From a virus, in the IMG/VR virus record IMGVR_UViG_3300025120_000019: a stretch of DNA of 64,000 bases; one strand, 5' to 3'. Position 1 is the first letter of the stretch, and each line of letters begins with the position of its first letter. The notes beneath the pieces are model-generated. The model did no database searches. It saw only the letters and a list, made by a program, of their open reading frames with translations, and had not been told where the DNA came from. This document shows positions 49,873 through 59,110 of this stretch, in pieces. The position numbers were made by a program, and so were the translations under genes.

Positions 49873-50958
49873 ATGGCTAAATCTTTTGACGTTAGCAAGT
49901 TCCGTAAGGACTTAACAAAAAGCATCTCAGGCATGAGTTCCGGCTTTAATGATCCAACTGACTGGATCTCAACAGGATCATATGCACTAAACTATCTAGT
50001 AAGTGGTGACTTTAAAAAAGGAGTACCTCTAGGTAAAGTAACAGTTTTTGCAGGAGAGTCGGGTGCAGGTAAAAGTTATTTTTGTGCTGGTAACATTGTA
50101 AAACACGCACAAGATCAAGGTATCTTTGTAGTATTAATTGACTCAGAGAATGCACTTGACGAAAGTTGGTTACAAGCATTAGACGTTGACACTAGTGAAG
50201 AAAAACTTCTTAAACTTAATATGTCAATGATCGATGATGTAGCAAAAACTATAAGTACGTTTATGGCAGACTATAAGGCAATGGATGAAACAGATCGTCC
50301 TAAGGTATTGTTTGTTATTGATAGCTTAGGTATGCTACTAACTCCTACTGATGTTGATCAGTTTAACAAGGGTGATATGAAAGGTGACATGGGTAGAAAG
50401 CCTAAGGCACTTACCTCACTTGTTCGTAACACAGTTAATATGATTGGTTCACATAATGTAGGACTAGTATGTACCAACCACACTTATGCATCACAGGATA
50501 TGTTTGATCCAGATGATAAGATATCAGGTGGACAAGGCTTTATCTATGCATCAAGTATTGTTGTTGCAATGAAGAAGTTAAAACTAAAAGAAGACGAAGA
50601 CGGTAACAAAATTAGTCAAGTTATGGGTATTCGTGCAGGTTGTAAAGTAATGAAGACTCGTTATGCTAAACCATTTGAAGGTGTGCAAGTGAAGATTCCA
50701 TACGAAACAGGCATGAATCCATATAGCGGACTCGTTGAGTTATTTGAAGCTAAGAGCGTAATTGAAAAGCAAGGTAATAGATTAAAATATATTGCTTTAG
50801 ATGGTACTGAACATCTAGAATATCGTAAGAATTGGACAGGCGATCTTCTCGAAATGGTCATGTCGGATTACATTAAAAAACAGGCAACTGAGGTAAATAC
50901 CGACAACGCAGACATAGAAGCTGTGGATCATTACGAGGAGCCTGTTACTAATGGATGA
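49873..50958 (+). CDS. uvsX: RecA-like recombinase UvsX
   Basis: ISTGSYALN, AGESGAGKS Walker A, IDSENA, VIDSLG, NHTY, SGG.G..YASS. Confidence 0.93.
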   Translation: MAKSFDVSKFRKDLTKSISGMSSGFNDPTDWISTGSYALNYLVSGDFKKGVPLGKVTVFAGESGAGKSYFCAGNIVKHAQDQGIFVVLIDSENALDESWLQALDVDTSEEKLLKLNMSMIDDVAKTISTFMADYKAMDETDRPKVLFVIDSLGMLLTPTDVDQFNKGDMKGDMGRKPKALTSLVRNTVNMIGSHNVGLVCTNHTYASQDMFDPDDKISGGQGFIYASSIVVAMKKLKLKEDEDGNKISQVMGIRAGCKVMKTRYAKPFEGVQVKIPYETGMNPYSGLVELFEAKSVIEKQGNRLKYIALDGTEHLEYRKNWTGDLLEMVMSDYIKKQATEVNTDNADIEAVDHYEEPVTNG

Positions 50959-51181
50959 AGAATTTGTTGCGGACTTATGGAATGTTTTTAAAGATTATCT
51001 TGATAAGAAACACGTTGAAATGGCGGCAGAGAGATTTGTTGATACGCTAATAGACTATGGATTTAAAGATGATCAATTAAATGATTTACTAGGCAATGAT
51101 AAAACGTTGGATTATGCAATTCAGTATTATTTAGAAATGGACGATGACGAAGTCGACGAAGACAACGATTGGGATGAATAA
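50951..51181 (+). CDS. Small acidic hypothetical protein
   Basis: SD GAGGAG; overlaps uvsX stop; acidic tail. Confidence 0.65.
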   Translation: MDEEFVADLWNVFKDYLDKKHVEMAAERFVDTLIDYGFKDDQLNDLLGNDKTLDYAIQYYLEMDDDEVDEDNDWDE

Positions 51182-51636
51182 TGGGTTGGTACAGTCAAGT
51201 ATCACGAGATATATCACAAATACCCGGTGCTATACAACATTTTGAAGCAGAGCTTACTCAAGCTCGAGCCGAAGTAAAGTTAAAAGGAAGTGTAGAAAAA
51301 GCATCTTCTGAAATGCCAGGTATTGTTGAACATAGATTTAATCAATTACAAGAGATCGAAGCAATACTACATTACTTAAATATCGAGCTACGTAGATTGC
51401 GTAGCTCGTTTTTTAAGACATATCTTGAAAACTATCAACGTGCATTATCTAGTAGAGACGTTGAGAAGTATGTTGACGGCGAAGCAGACGTAGTTGACTA
51501 TGAAAAGATTATTAATGAATTTGCATTGTTGAGGAATAAATGGTTAGGTGTATTAAAAGGCTTAGATCAAAAACAATGGCAAATTACTAATATAGTAAAA
51601 CTCAGAGTTGCTGGAATGGAAGATGCAACTTTGTAA
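51181..51636 (+). CDS. uvsY: Recombination mediator UvsY
   Basis: Coiled coil; YLENY..L.SRDVEKYVDG..K.WQITNIVKLR.AG C-terminus; near uvsX. Confidence 0.75.
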   Translation: MGWYSQVSRDISQIPGAIQHFEAELTQARAEVKLKGSVEKASSEMPGIVEHRFNQLQEIEAILHYLNIELRRLRSSFFKTYLENYQRALSSRDVEKYVDGEADVVDYEKIINEFALLRNKWLGVLKGLDQKQWQITNIVKLRVAGMEDATL

Positions 51637-51644
51637 ATACTGTT

Positions 51645-52376
51645 ATGACACTAACAGTTATTCTTCCTGCCGCCGGTAAAGGTGCAAGATTAAATTTACC
51701 ATATCCAAAAGAAATCTTAAGACTTGATAAAAATCAAGCTTTAATAGATTATAGTTTTGACTTTTTTAAAGACTATACAAAAAACGATGTTGATTTTGTA
51801 ATTGTAATTAACGAGTATAAAACTGAAATAGTTGAATACTTGTCAAAATATAAAAACAAGTACAATATTGCATTTGTTTATCAAAATCCTAAAGAATTAG
51901 AATACACGGGTGCAATAAAAAGTGCTTATAACTGGTTTGGCGAAGATAATCTAGTACTGCTACCTGATACAATTTTAAAATTAAAAAATAACGTAGATTT
52001 GTATACAACAGTAAAAGATAGATTAGAAACAAATGAATTTGTATTTTTTTATAAAAAAGAATCAAATCCATCAATGCTATCAACAAAAGGTGCGTTACAA
52101 ATAGAAAATAATCTAGTAAAGTTATATGAAGATAAGCCTCAAACAAATTTTCAAAATTATAATGCTTATTGGTGTAGTTTTGCTTTTAGGGTTTCTAGTT
52201 TTGCTGACTCTATAAGTTATATGGAAAAAAGTACACTTAATCAAAAATTTAATACTAAACAAATGACGCTTACTCCTTTTTATAATACAGAAGGAATAGA
52301 AGTTGACGATTATGTTGATCTAGGAACTTGGAAAGAAATTAGAAAATTACTTGCATTGCATGAGGACGAACCATGA
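51645..52376 (+). CDS. Sugar-phosphate nucleotidyltransferase
   Basis: VILPAAGKGARL..PKEI, LLPD, EDKP, YVDLGT. Confidence 0.8.
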   Translation: MTLTVILPAAGKGARLNLPYPKEILRLDKNQALIDYSFDFFKDYTKNDVDFVIVINEYKTEIVEYLSKYKNKYNIAFVYQNPKELEYTGAIKSAYNWFGEDNLVLLPDTILKLKNNVDLYTTVKDRLETNEFVFFYKKESNPSMLSTKGALQIENNLVKLYEDKPQTNFQNYNAYWCSFAFRVSSFADSISYMEKSTLNQKFNTKQMTLTPFYNTEGIEVDDYVDLGTWKEIRKLLALHEDEP

Positions 52377-53296
52377 AATTTTTTATTCCTGATTCTGTGA
52401 TAGATAGATATAGCTTTAGGGCTAGAGGAAAATTATTATTAGAAAATATGCCAAATAGTCATGGATATATAAAGGATTATAAATTAATTAAAGACACAAA
52501 TGAATTGTACATTATTAGTAAAGAATTTACTAATGATATTATAGAACATTGTAATAAAAACAACATAAAGTACGTTTTAGATATATCAGATTATAAATTT
52601 TATAAAAATTCAGTATTAGAACTATATAAAAAAGCTACAGAAAATTGTAAGGCAATAGTTACTACTTGCGATCATCTTGCTGATGAAATAAAGAAAATTT
52701 TTGGAAAACCTTGTATTGTGATAGAAGATCCTACTGAACGTAAACAAATCAAACCAAATAAAAAAATATTTACTAAAAATGATAATATCAACTTAGTAAC
52801 TTATGGTGCTAGAAAAAACATAGGATCAATAAACTTTGAAATTTTAAAACAACAATTATTTGACATACATCAAAATATACATTTAAAAATAATTACAAAT
52901 AAAAGCATAGGAGATCCTACGGAATGGTTCGAGTGGAGTTTTGATTTACAAGAAAAACTTATGCATGAAGCTGATTTTATAATTTTACCTATTGCTTACA
53001 CAGAAAAGAAAAAAGCTTTTTTAAAGTCAAAGGGCAATAATAGACCAATCGATGGTATACAACAAGGAAAATTTGTAATTACAAATAACACAATACCAAG
53101 TTATGTAGATTTAAATAATTTCCTTTGGGCTGGAAATATTGCAGAAGGATTACGCTATGCTATAGATAATCCTAATGAAGTTGTTCAAAAGATCACACTT
53201 GGACAAGAACATATTAATAAGTACTACACACCTAAACATATAGTAACAAAATGGTTAAATTTAGAAAGGAAGATATTAAATGAAACAAGTTTTTAA
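52373..53296 (+). CDS. Glycosyltransferase-like protein (GT-B)
   Basis: LDISD, IVTTCDHLA, ADFIILP..KGNNR..G..VI..PSY. Confidence 0.55.
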   Translation: MKFFIPDSVIDRYSFRARGKLLLENMPNSHGYIKDYKLIKDTNELYIISKEFTNDIIEHCNKNNIKYVLDISDYKFYKNSVLELYKKATENCKAIVTTCDHLADEIKKIFGKPCIVIEDPTERKQIKPNKKIFTKNDNINLVTYGARKNIGSINFEILKQQLFDIHQNIHLKIITNKSIGDPTEWFEWSFDLQEKLMHEADFIILPIAYTEKKKAFLKSKGNNRPIDGIQQGKFVITNNTIPSYVDLNNFLWAGNIAEGLRYAIDNPNEVVQKITLGQEHINKYYTPKHIVTKWLNLERKILNETSF

Positions 53297-53900
53297 TTAT
53301 TGGCTTCCTGATTCAGATGTACATTTTGAAAAAATGATTAATAAACGTATAAGTCAAGGCGGTCCTGCAGAATATCAAGATGATGTTAGAGACGAAGCAT
53401 ATAAGTATGTACAACAATTCAATACAGCAATCGATGTTGGTGCAAATGTAGGATTATGGACTGTTCCGTTATCAAAAAACTTTAACAAAGTAATATCGTT
53501 TGAGCCTATGACACAAGTTTATGAATGTTTATTAGAAAATACAAAAGGTATTGATAATATTATTTTAAATAATTTTGCACTAGGTAGTGAACAAAAAAAC
53601 GTAGATATGACATATGATCCAAACAATACAGGAAATAGTTTTATAAATGGTAATGAAGGAAGTATCAAAGTTAAAACACTTGACAAAAGTTTTATGCCTC
53701 CATTTGATCTTATAAAAATTGACTGTGAAAGACACGAGCTTGAAGTTCTTAAAGGTGCAGTTAACACATTATTAAAATACAAACCTATTATTATTATTGA
53801 ACAACAACCTATAACTGAAGAATGTGCAGGAAAATTTTTAAAAGATTTAGGTGCTAAAGAACTTAGTAATGTAAGGAAGGATTATATTTTTGGCTGGTAA
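53280..53900 (+). CDS. FkbM-family SAM methyltransferase
   Basis: IDVGANVG, SFEP, ALG, LIKIDCE.HELEVLKGA. Confidence 0.85.
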   Translation: MKQVFNYWLPDSDVHFEKMINKRISQGGPAEYQDDVRDEAYKYVQQFNTAIDVGANVGLWTVPLSKNFNKVISFEPMTQVYECLLENTKGIDNIILNNFALGSEQKNVDMTYDPNNTGNSFINGNEGSIKVKTLDKSFMPPFDLIKIDCERHELEVLKGAVNTLLKYKPIIIIEQQPITEECAGKFLKDLGAKELSNVRKDYIFGW

Positions 53901-54693
53901 CAATAAAACAGTTTTAGTCACTGGCGGCTTTGATCCAATACATTCAGGGCATCTTGCATATTTCAAAGCGGCTAAAAACTTAGGTAATAGATTAATTGTT
54001 GGTGTTAACTCTGATGAATGGTTAACTAGAAAAAAAGGTAAACCATTTATGCCGCTACAAGAAAGAGTAGAAATAATTAAAGGACTTTCTGTTGTAGATA
54101 AAGTTATTAGTTTTAACGATGATGATAATACTGCGTCTCATGCTATTTTTAATACAATGTCAACTGAAAGTGGAAAAATTATTTTTGCCAATGGCGGAGA
54201 CAGAACTGATGTAAACATTCCTGAAATGGAAGTGTACGGTAATCATCCTGGTGTAGAATTTGTATTTGGTATTGGAGGTGAGGACAAGAAAAATTCTAGC
54301 AGTTGGATATTAAAAGAATGGCGGGCACCAAAAGTAGAACGTGAATGGGGGCATTATAGAGAATTATATCAGGGCGAAGGCTTTCAAGTAAAAGAATTAG
54401 TTATTTCACCAAAGAGTAAATTAAGTATGCAAAGACATAAGTATAGAAGTGAAACATGGAATATTGTTTCTGGTGAAGCATATGTTAAAACGAATGTAAC
54501 ACTATCAGACAATCCATTTGACGGTTGTTCAATTTGGAATTTACATCCAAATAATCCTGTAGATATTCCTGTAGGAATATGGCATCAAGGTTGTAATGAT
54601 ACTGATAAGCCTGCACACATAGTCGAAGTGTGGAAAGGACCAACTGATAAATTAACGGAGAAAGACATTGAACGAGCAGATTACAGAAATTGA
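53890..54693 (+). CDS. Cytidylyltransferase-like (HxGH) domain fused to cupin (mannose-6-P isomerase type II-like)
   Basis: TGGFDPIHSGH, GVNSDEWL.RKKG, FANGGDR, NSSSWIL; then R.WG.Y..LSMQRH..RSE.W..WH. Confidence 0.85.
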   Translation: MAGNNKTVLVTGGFDPIHSGHLAYFKAAKNLGNRLIVGVNSDEWLTRKKGKPFMPLQERVEIIKGLSVVDKVISFNDDDNTASHAIFNTMSTESGKIIFANGGDRTDVNIPEMEVYGNHPGVEFVFGIGGEDKKNSSSWILKEWRAPKVEREWGHYRELYQGEGFQVKELVISPKSKLSMQRHKYRSETWNIVSGEAYVKTNVTLSDNPFDGCSIWNLHPNNPVDIPVGIWHQGCNDTDKPAHIVEVWKGPTDKLTEKDIERADYRN

Positions 54694-56434
54694 ACCATTA
54701 AAAGTATACGTAGGCTGGGACAGTAGAGAAGATATTGCATTTCAAGTTTGTAAACAAAGTATATTAGATCATGCAAGTGTACCTGTTGATGTAATACCTT
54801 TAAAGCAAAAAGATTTAAGAAGAGACGGAATCTATACAAGAGAAACAGATGCAATGGCTAGCACTGAATTTACCTTTACAAGATTTTTAGTTCCACATTT
54901 AAATGACTTTACTGGCTGGGCATTGTTTATAGATTGCGACTTTGTATTTCTTGATGATATTAAAAAGTTATTTGATCAAGCAAATGATAGTTATGCAGTT
55001 ATGTGTGCTCATCATGATTATTCTCCTAAACAATTAACAAAAATGGACGGACAAGCACAGCATATATATCCAAGAAAAAATTGGTCAAGTTGTGTACTGT
55101 TCAATTGCGGTCATCCAAATAACGCACAGATAAATTTAGATCTTGTAAATGATCCAAGTAAGGGCGGAGCATATTTTCATAGGTTTAGTTGGTTAGATGA
55201 TAGTTTAGTTGGCGAATATAGTCATGAGTGGAATTGGCTTGTTGGCTGGTACGAAGAGCCTACAGATGGTGAGCCTAAAGCATTACATTATACAGAAGGA
55301 GGTCCTTGGTTTCCTGAATATGAAAACTGCGATTATGCATACCATTGGTATAAAGCAAGAATAAGTTATGAAGAATATCTTAATGTAAAATATAATCAAG
55401 CATTAGAGAGTGGAGAAAATAAACGGCAACGGCAAATGGAAAAGTTCGAAGTCGAACGTTTAAAAACTACAACAGACACGCTAGTCCTTTCGGATCAAAA
55501 AAAAAAATTAGTAACTGACTTTATTCATTACCTTAAAGACCCTGATGGAACATATTACAAAAGAGAACATAAATGGGAGAATATAATGGCTTTACGAGAA
55601 CCCAGAGTTGCCGCTTTACATCCTGGTAACGACGATGAGTTTGGTTTTAAACCTGAAAAGAAAGGATTTTTGTTTGATGAATATTTAGAAGCATTTGTAT
55701 TAGGAGCAGATGGTGCTAAATTATCATCGTGGGAAGCAGAAGAACATACAAAGAATACATTATTAATAAGAGGGTTAGGTAAACAGAGTCAGCTTGCTAT
55801 AAAACATTGTATGAAAACAGGTAGAGAATTTTATTATATTGATAGCGGATATATGGGCAATGAAACTACAAAAAGTAAAATATATCATCGTATTACAAAA
55901 AACGGTTTACAAAACACTGGACCTATTTTTCCTAGATCACGTAAAAGGCTTATGCCTCTAAAGTACTCATATTCTCCTTTTAAAATGAAAGGTGAAAAAA
56001 TACTTTTAGTTCCACCTAGTGATAAAGTTATGAAGTTTTGGGGCCAAGAAACACCTAACCAATGGGTTGCAAAAGTTAGTAAAGAATTAAAACAATATAC
56101 AGATAGACCTATTGAGATTAGATTAAAACCAAAACGTAATGAACGTATAGCAGATAAAAATATTTTATTTGCATTAAGAGATAACGTATATTGTGTAGTG
56201 ACTTATAATAGTATAGCCGCAACAGAAGCACTACTAAATGGAATACCTGCTATTACTTTAGGAAATAATGCGGCTAGTGTATTGTGTAATGATAAATTAA
56301 GCGATATTAATAATTTATATGTTTACGAAGAAGAACAAATGCTCCAGTATGCGGCTCATTTAAGTTATTGCCAATTTACAAGAAGAGAAATGCAAGATGG
56401 CACTGCCTGGGCAATTTTAAATGAAAAGCTATGA
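54668..56434 (+). CDS. GT8-like glycosyltransferase fused to capsule-synthesis-like domain
   Basis: VGWDSRE, STEFTFTRF, FIDCD, YPRKNWSS, HYTEGGPW; C-half YIDSGY, VTYNS..A.EA..GIPA, LSYCQFT..E..DG.AW. Confidence 0.75.
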   Translation: MNEQITEIEPLKVYVGWDSREDIAFQVCKQSILDHASVPVDVIPLKQKDLRRDGIYTRETDAMASTEFTFTRFLVPHLNDFTGWALFIDCDFVFLDDIKKLFDQANDSYAVMCAHHDYSPKQLTKMDGQAQHIYPRKNWSSCVLFNCGHPNNAQINLDLVNDPSKGGAYFHRFSWLDDSLVGEYSHEWNWLVGWYEEPTDGEPKALHYTEGGPWFPEYENCDYAYHWYKARISYEEYLNVKYNQALESGENKRQRQMEKFEVERLKTTTDTLVLSDQKKKLVTDFIHYLKDPDGTYYKREHKWENIMALREPRVAALHPGNDDEFGFKPEKKGFLFDEYLEAFVLGADGAKLSSWEAEEHTKNTLLIRGLGKQSQLAIKHCMKTGREFYYIDSGYMGNETTKSKIYHRITKNGLQNTGPIFPRSRKRLMPLKYSYSPFKMKGEKILLVPPSDKVMKFWGQETPNQWVAKVSKELKQYTDRPIEIRLKPKRNERIADKNILFALRDNVYCVVTYNSIAATEALLNGIPAITLGNNAASVLCNDKLSDINNLYVYEEEQMLQYAAHLSYCQFTRREMQDGTAWAILNEKL

Positions 56435-57372
56435 AGAAAACTGTTGTAAGTTATTTAACTAGTGTTCCAAGAGGTAATACTAATGTCCAAAAAGAAGAAC
56501 TGCTAATTAAGTTTTATAATGGTGTTTTACGTACTGGTGATAGTGCAACGCTACATAGAGATTATCACCCTATAGATTGTGATGCCGCTGTAATACAAGG
56601 GTGGGTATATTCAGATGTAAATCCTAGCCATTTACAATTAAGAAAAAAAGTAATTAATCATCAAATTAAAAATAATAAACATACTATAGTTGCAGATGCA
56701 AATCTATTTTTATATGCTGACAAGAAAAATAGACATGGATATTTGCGTTATAGTTTGAACGGAGTTTTTCCTAACACAGGAATATATTGCGATGATATTA
56801 TAGACGAACAAAGATGGAATAAAATATCAATCAATAGCGGACTACAATTACAAGATTATAAAAAAGATGGCGATCATATTTTACTACTATTACAAAGGCA
56901 AGGTGGTTGGAGTATGAGCGGAGAAAGTGTAATTGACTGGACTATTAGCACAATAGAAAAAATTAGGAGTGCTGGTTGTAAAAGAAGAATAAAAATAAGA
57001 GCTCATCCAGGCTGTAAACAATCACGTAACTTTTTTATAGAGCAAAAGAGTAACCCGTTTAGGCACTTGAAAAAAGTTGAAGTTGTGGATCCAAACAACT
57101 GGTTACAAAACGATTTACAAAATTGTTATGCAGTAGTAAACAAAAATAGTAGCGGAATTGTTGGACCAATTATACAAGGCTATCATGCTTTTACTACTGA
57201 TCCTACAAAAAGTCAATGTGCAGAAGTAAGTAATCATAGTATATTAGATATTGATAACCCTAAAGAATTTGATAGATTAAAATGGCTTAGGCGTATAAGT
57301 ATGTTTCATTGGAATTTTCAAGAATTAGAAAGTGGCGAATGTTGGAACCATATAAGGAACTACTGCCAGTAG
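56431..57372 (+). CDS. Capsule-polysaccharide-synthesis-like (KpsS/KpsC-like) transferase
   Basis: HILLLLQ, IRAHP, VVNKNSS, R.KWL..I...HW...EL.SG; paralogous to neighbours. Confidence 0.5.
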   Translation: MKKTVVSYLTSVPRGNTNVQKEELLIKFYNGVLRTGDSATLHRDYHPIDCDAAVIQGWVYSDVNPSHLQLRKKVINHQIKNNKHTIVADANLFLYADKKNRHGYLRYSLNGVFPNTGIYCDDIIDEQRWNKISINSGLQLQDYKKDGDHILLLLQRQGGWSMSGESVIDWTISTIEKIRSAGCKRRIKIRAHPGCKQSRNFFIEQKSNPFRHLKKVEVVDPNNWLQNDLQNCYAVVNKNSSGIVGPIIQGYHAFTTDPTKSQCAEVSNHSILDIDNPKEFDRLKWLRRISMFHWNFQELESGECWNHIRNYCQ

Positions 57373-58202
57373 TTTTCTTTGCGATTAACCATTAAATCTT
57401 TTTGTAAACTTTTACCTGTATTTTTTCTATCGCCCTTCATATGATCAATATATTTTCCTAATTCAGTATTAATTAACGGATGGCCACCGCCTCCGGTTTT
57501 AGCTTCTTTTAAATACATTTCTGCACTATAATCCAATACATTATTATCAGTAGCTTTCATTATGTTTAATATATGTCCAAATACATAACTATCATGCCAT
57601 TCTTCTAATTTAAAAATTCCATTCTCAGCGTCTTCATAAAATCTTTCAAATTCTTTTAAGAACTGTACACACATTGAATGATTTTTATTCATACCGTAGA
57701 ATCCGCACTCTGGCCATGTTTGTGATCCTTTACCCCTGCCCACATAAGTTAACCATTTATCATTTGGTAGTAAAGATTCAAATTGCTTTTGTGACCAATT
57801 GCTATGAACAAATGTATCTGCGTCCATCCATACACACCAATCTGTACTTCGTTCAAATGCATCTAATACTGCATAAACTTTATTAGCAAAGCGTACAGCA
57901 TTCCATTTAAATTCTTTATGATGATCTCGAGGTCTACGAGCTTTAATATCGTCTGGCGGAATGCCATTTGCTTTTGGAACATCTTTCCAGCGTTTTTTGA
58001 ACTCCATAAGTTTAGGTAATAGTTGTCTTGTCTGAAGTTCAAAAACACGATGTCTTCCTACAATAGCCGGAAAGCAATCTTCTGCATACACAAATAACTT
58101 GATAGATTCGTCAACATTTTCTTCAAACGATTCGATAAATCTCTGTCCGTATAAATCCATTCCTTGTTTATTGAATGTTGTTACCACAGTTATTGCTGAC
58201 AT
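57360..58202 (-). CDS. Glycosyltransferase-like protein (DxD)
   Basis: VVTTF..Y, WNAVRFANKVYA, WMDADT, ECGF, EWHDSYVF, HMKG; start reassigned to ATG 58202. Confidence 0.6.
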   Translation of the reverse strand: MSAITVVTTFNKQGMDLYGQRFIESFEENVDESIKLFVYAEDCFPAIVGRHRVFELQTRQLLPKLMEFKKRWKDVPKANGIPPDDIKARRPRDHHKEFKWNAVRFANKVYAVLDAFERSTDWCVWMDADTFVHSNWSQKQFESLLPNDKWLTYVGRGKGSQTWPECGFYGMNKNHSMCVQFLKEFERFYEDAENGIFKLEEWHDSYVFGHILNIMKATDNNVLDYSAEMYLKEAKTGGGGHPLINTELGKYIDHMKGDRKNTGKSLQKDLMVNRKENYWQ

Positions 58203-58215
58203 TTTGTTTCCCTTG

Positions 58216-58240
58216 TTAAATAGTGTACTGGAGTATTTAC
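58216..58240. promoter_or_regulatory. Overlapping divergent late promoters
   Basis: TTAAATA (+) and GTAAATA (-) in the 40-bp gap between divergent genes. Confidence 0.55.
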
Positions 58241-58242
58241 TT

Positions 58243-59094
58243 ATGAAATTCAGATTATGGAGAGAATATGGAGCGAACAATTCCCGTACTATTTTTGATG
58301 CTTTCGAACATTCTTGTATTAGTAATGGGCATACTATTAGTAATGATACTAATATTAACAATTCCGATGTTCATGTTATTTGGAGTGTGCTTTTTAACGG
58401 GCGAATGGCTAGTAATAAACATATTTGGACCAGTTGTCAAAAACGCAAAAAGCCGGTTATTGTATTAGAAGTAGGCAGTATAAAAAGAGGAATAACATGG
58501 AAGGTAGGACTTAATGGAATCAATCGTGACGCACAGTTTGGCACTATGGGTAACAATGCTGATCGTGCTAATAGCCTTGGGTTATCTTTAAAACCTTGGC
58601 GTAAAGCAGGAGATCATATATTAATATGTGGTCAACATGAAAAAAGTTTACAATGGCAAAATATGCCAAAAATGAGTAAATGGGTAACAAGTATAATAGA
58701 CGAAATAAAACTGTATACAGACTTATCAATTGTATTTAGACCGCATCCAAGATGTTTATTAGAAGCACTTGAAAATCAATATACAAATGTATATACTGAT
58801 GCGCCGCAAAAAGTAAACGGAACATATGACGACTTTAATCTTAGTTTTAAAGACAGTTATGCTGTTATAAACTGGAGTAGTAATCCTGGAATACAAGCTG
58901 TTATTAATGGTATTCCTGCATTTACTGGTCCAAGTAGTTTAGCATGGCCGGTTTCTAACACAGGCTTAAAAACAATCAACAATCCAAATAAACCAGAAAG
59001 ACAACAATGGTTAAATGATTATGCATGGACAGAATTTACTGAAGAAGAAATAAGTAAAGGCATTCCCTTGAAAAGATTGACAAACTATATATAG
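58243..59094 (+). CDS. Capsule-polysaccharide-synthesis-like transferase
   Basis: VLEVG, HILICGQ, FRPHP, VINWSS..I.A..NGIPA, WL..YAW.EF..EEI..G; start at ATG 58243. Confidence 0.55.
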   Translation: MKFRLWREYGANNSRTIFDAFEHSCISNGHTISNDTNINNSDVHVIWSVLFNGRMASNKHIWTSCQKRKKPVIVLEVGSIKRGITWKVGLNGINRDAQFGTMGNNADRANSLGLSLKPWRKAGDHILICGQHEKSLQWQNMPKMSKWVTSIIDEIKLYTDLSIVFRPHPRCLLEALENQYTNVYTDAPQKVNGTYDDFNLSFKDSYAVINWSSNPGIQAVINGIPAFTGPSSLAWPVSNTGLKTINNPNKPERQQWLNDYAWTEFTEEEISKGIPLKRLTNYI

Positions 59095-59105
59095 TTTGTT
59101 ATAAT
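59077..59105 (+). promoter_or_regulatory. Perfect-consensus sigma70 promoter with 20-bp palindrome in spacer
   Basis: TTGACA-N17-TATAAT; ACAAACTATATATAGTTTGT (59080-59099) is its own reverse complement. Confidence 0.8.
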
Positions 59106-59110
59106 AAACT

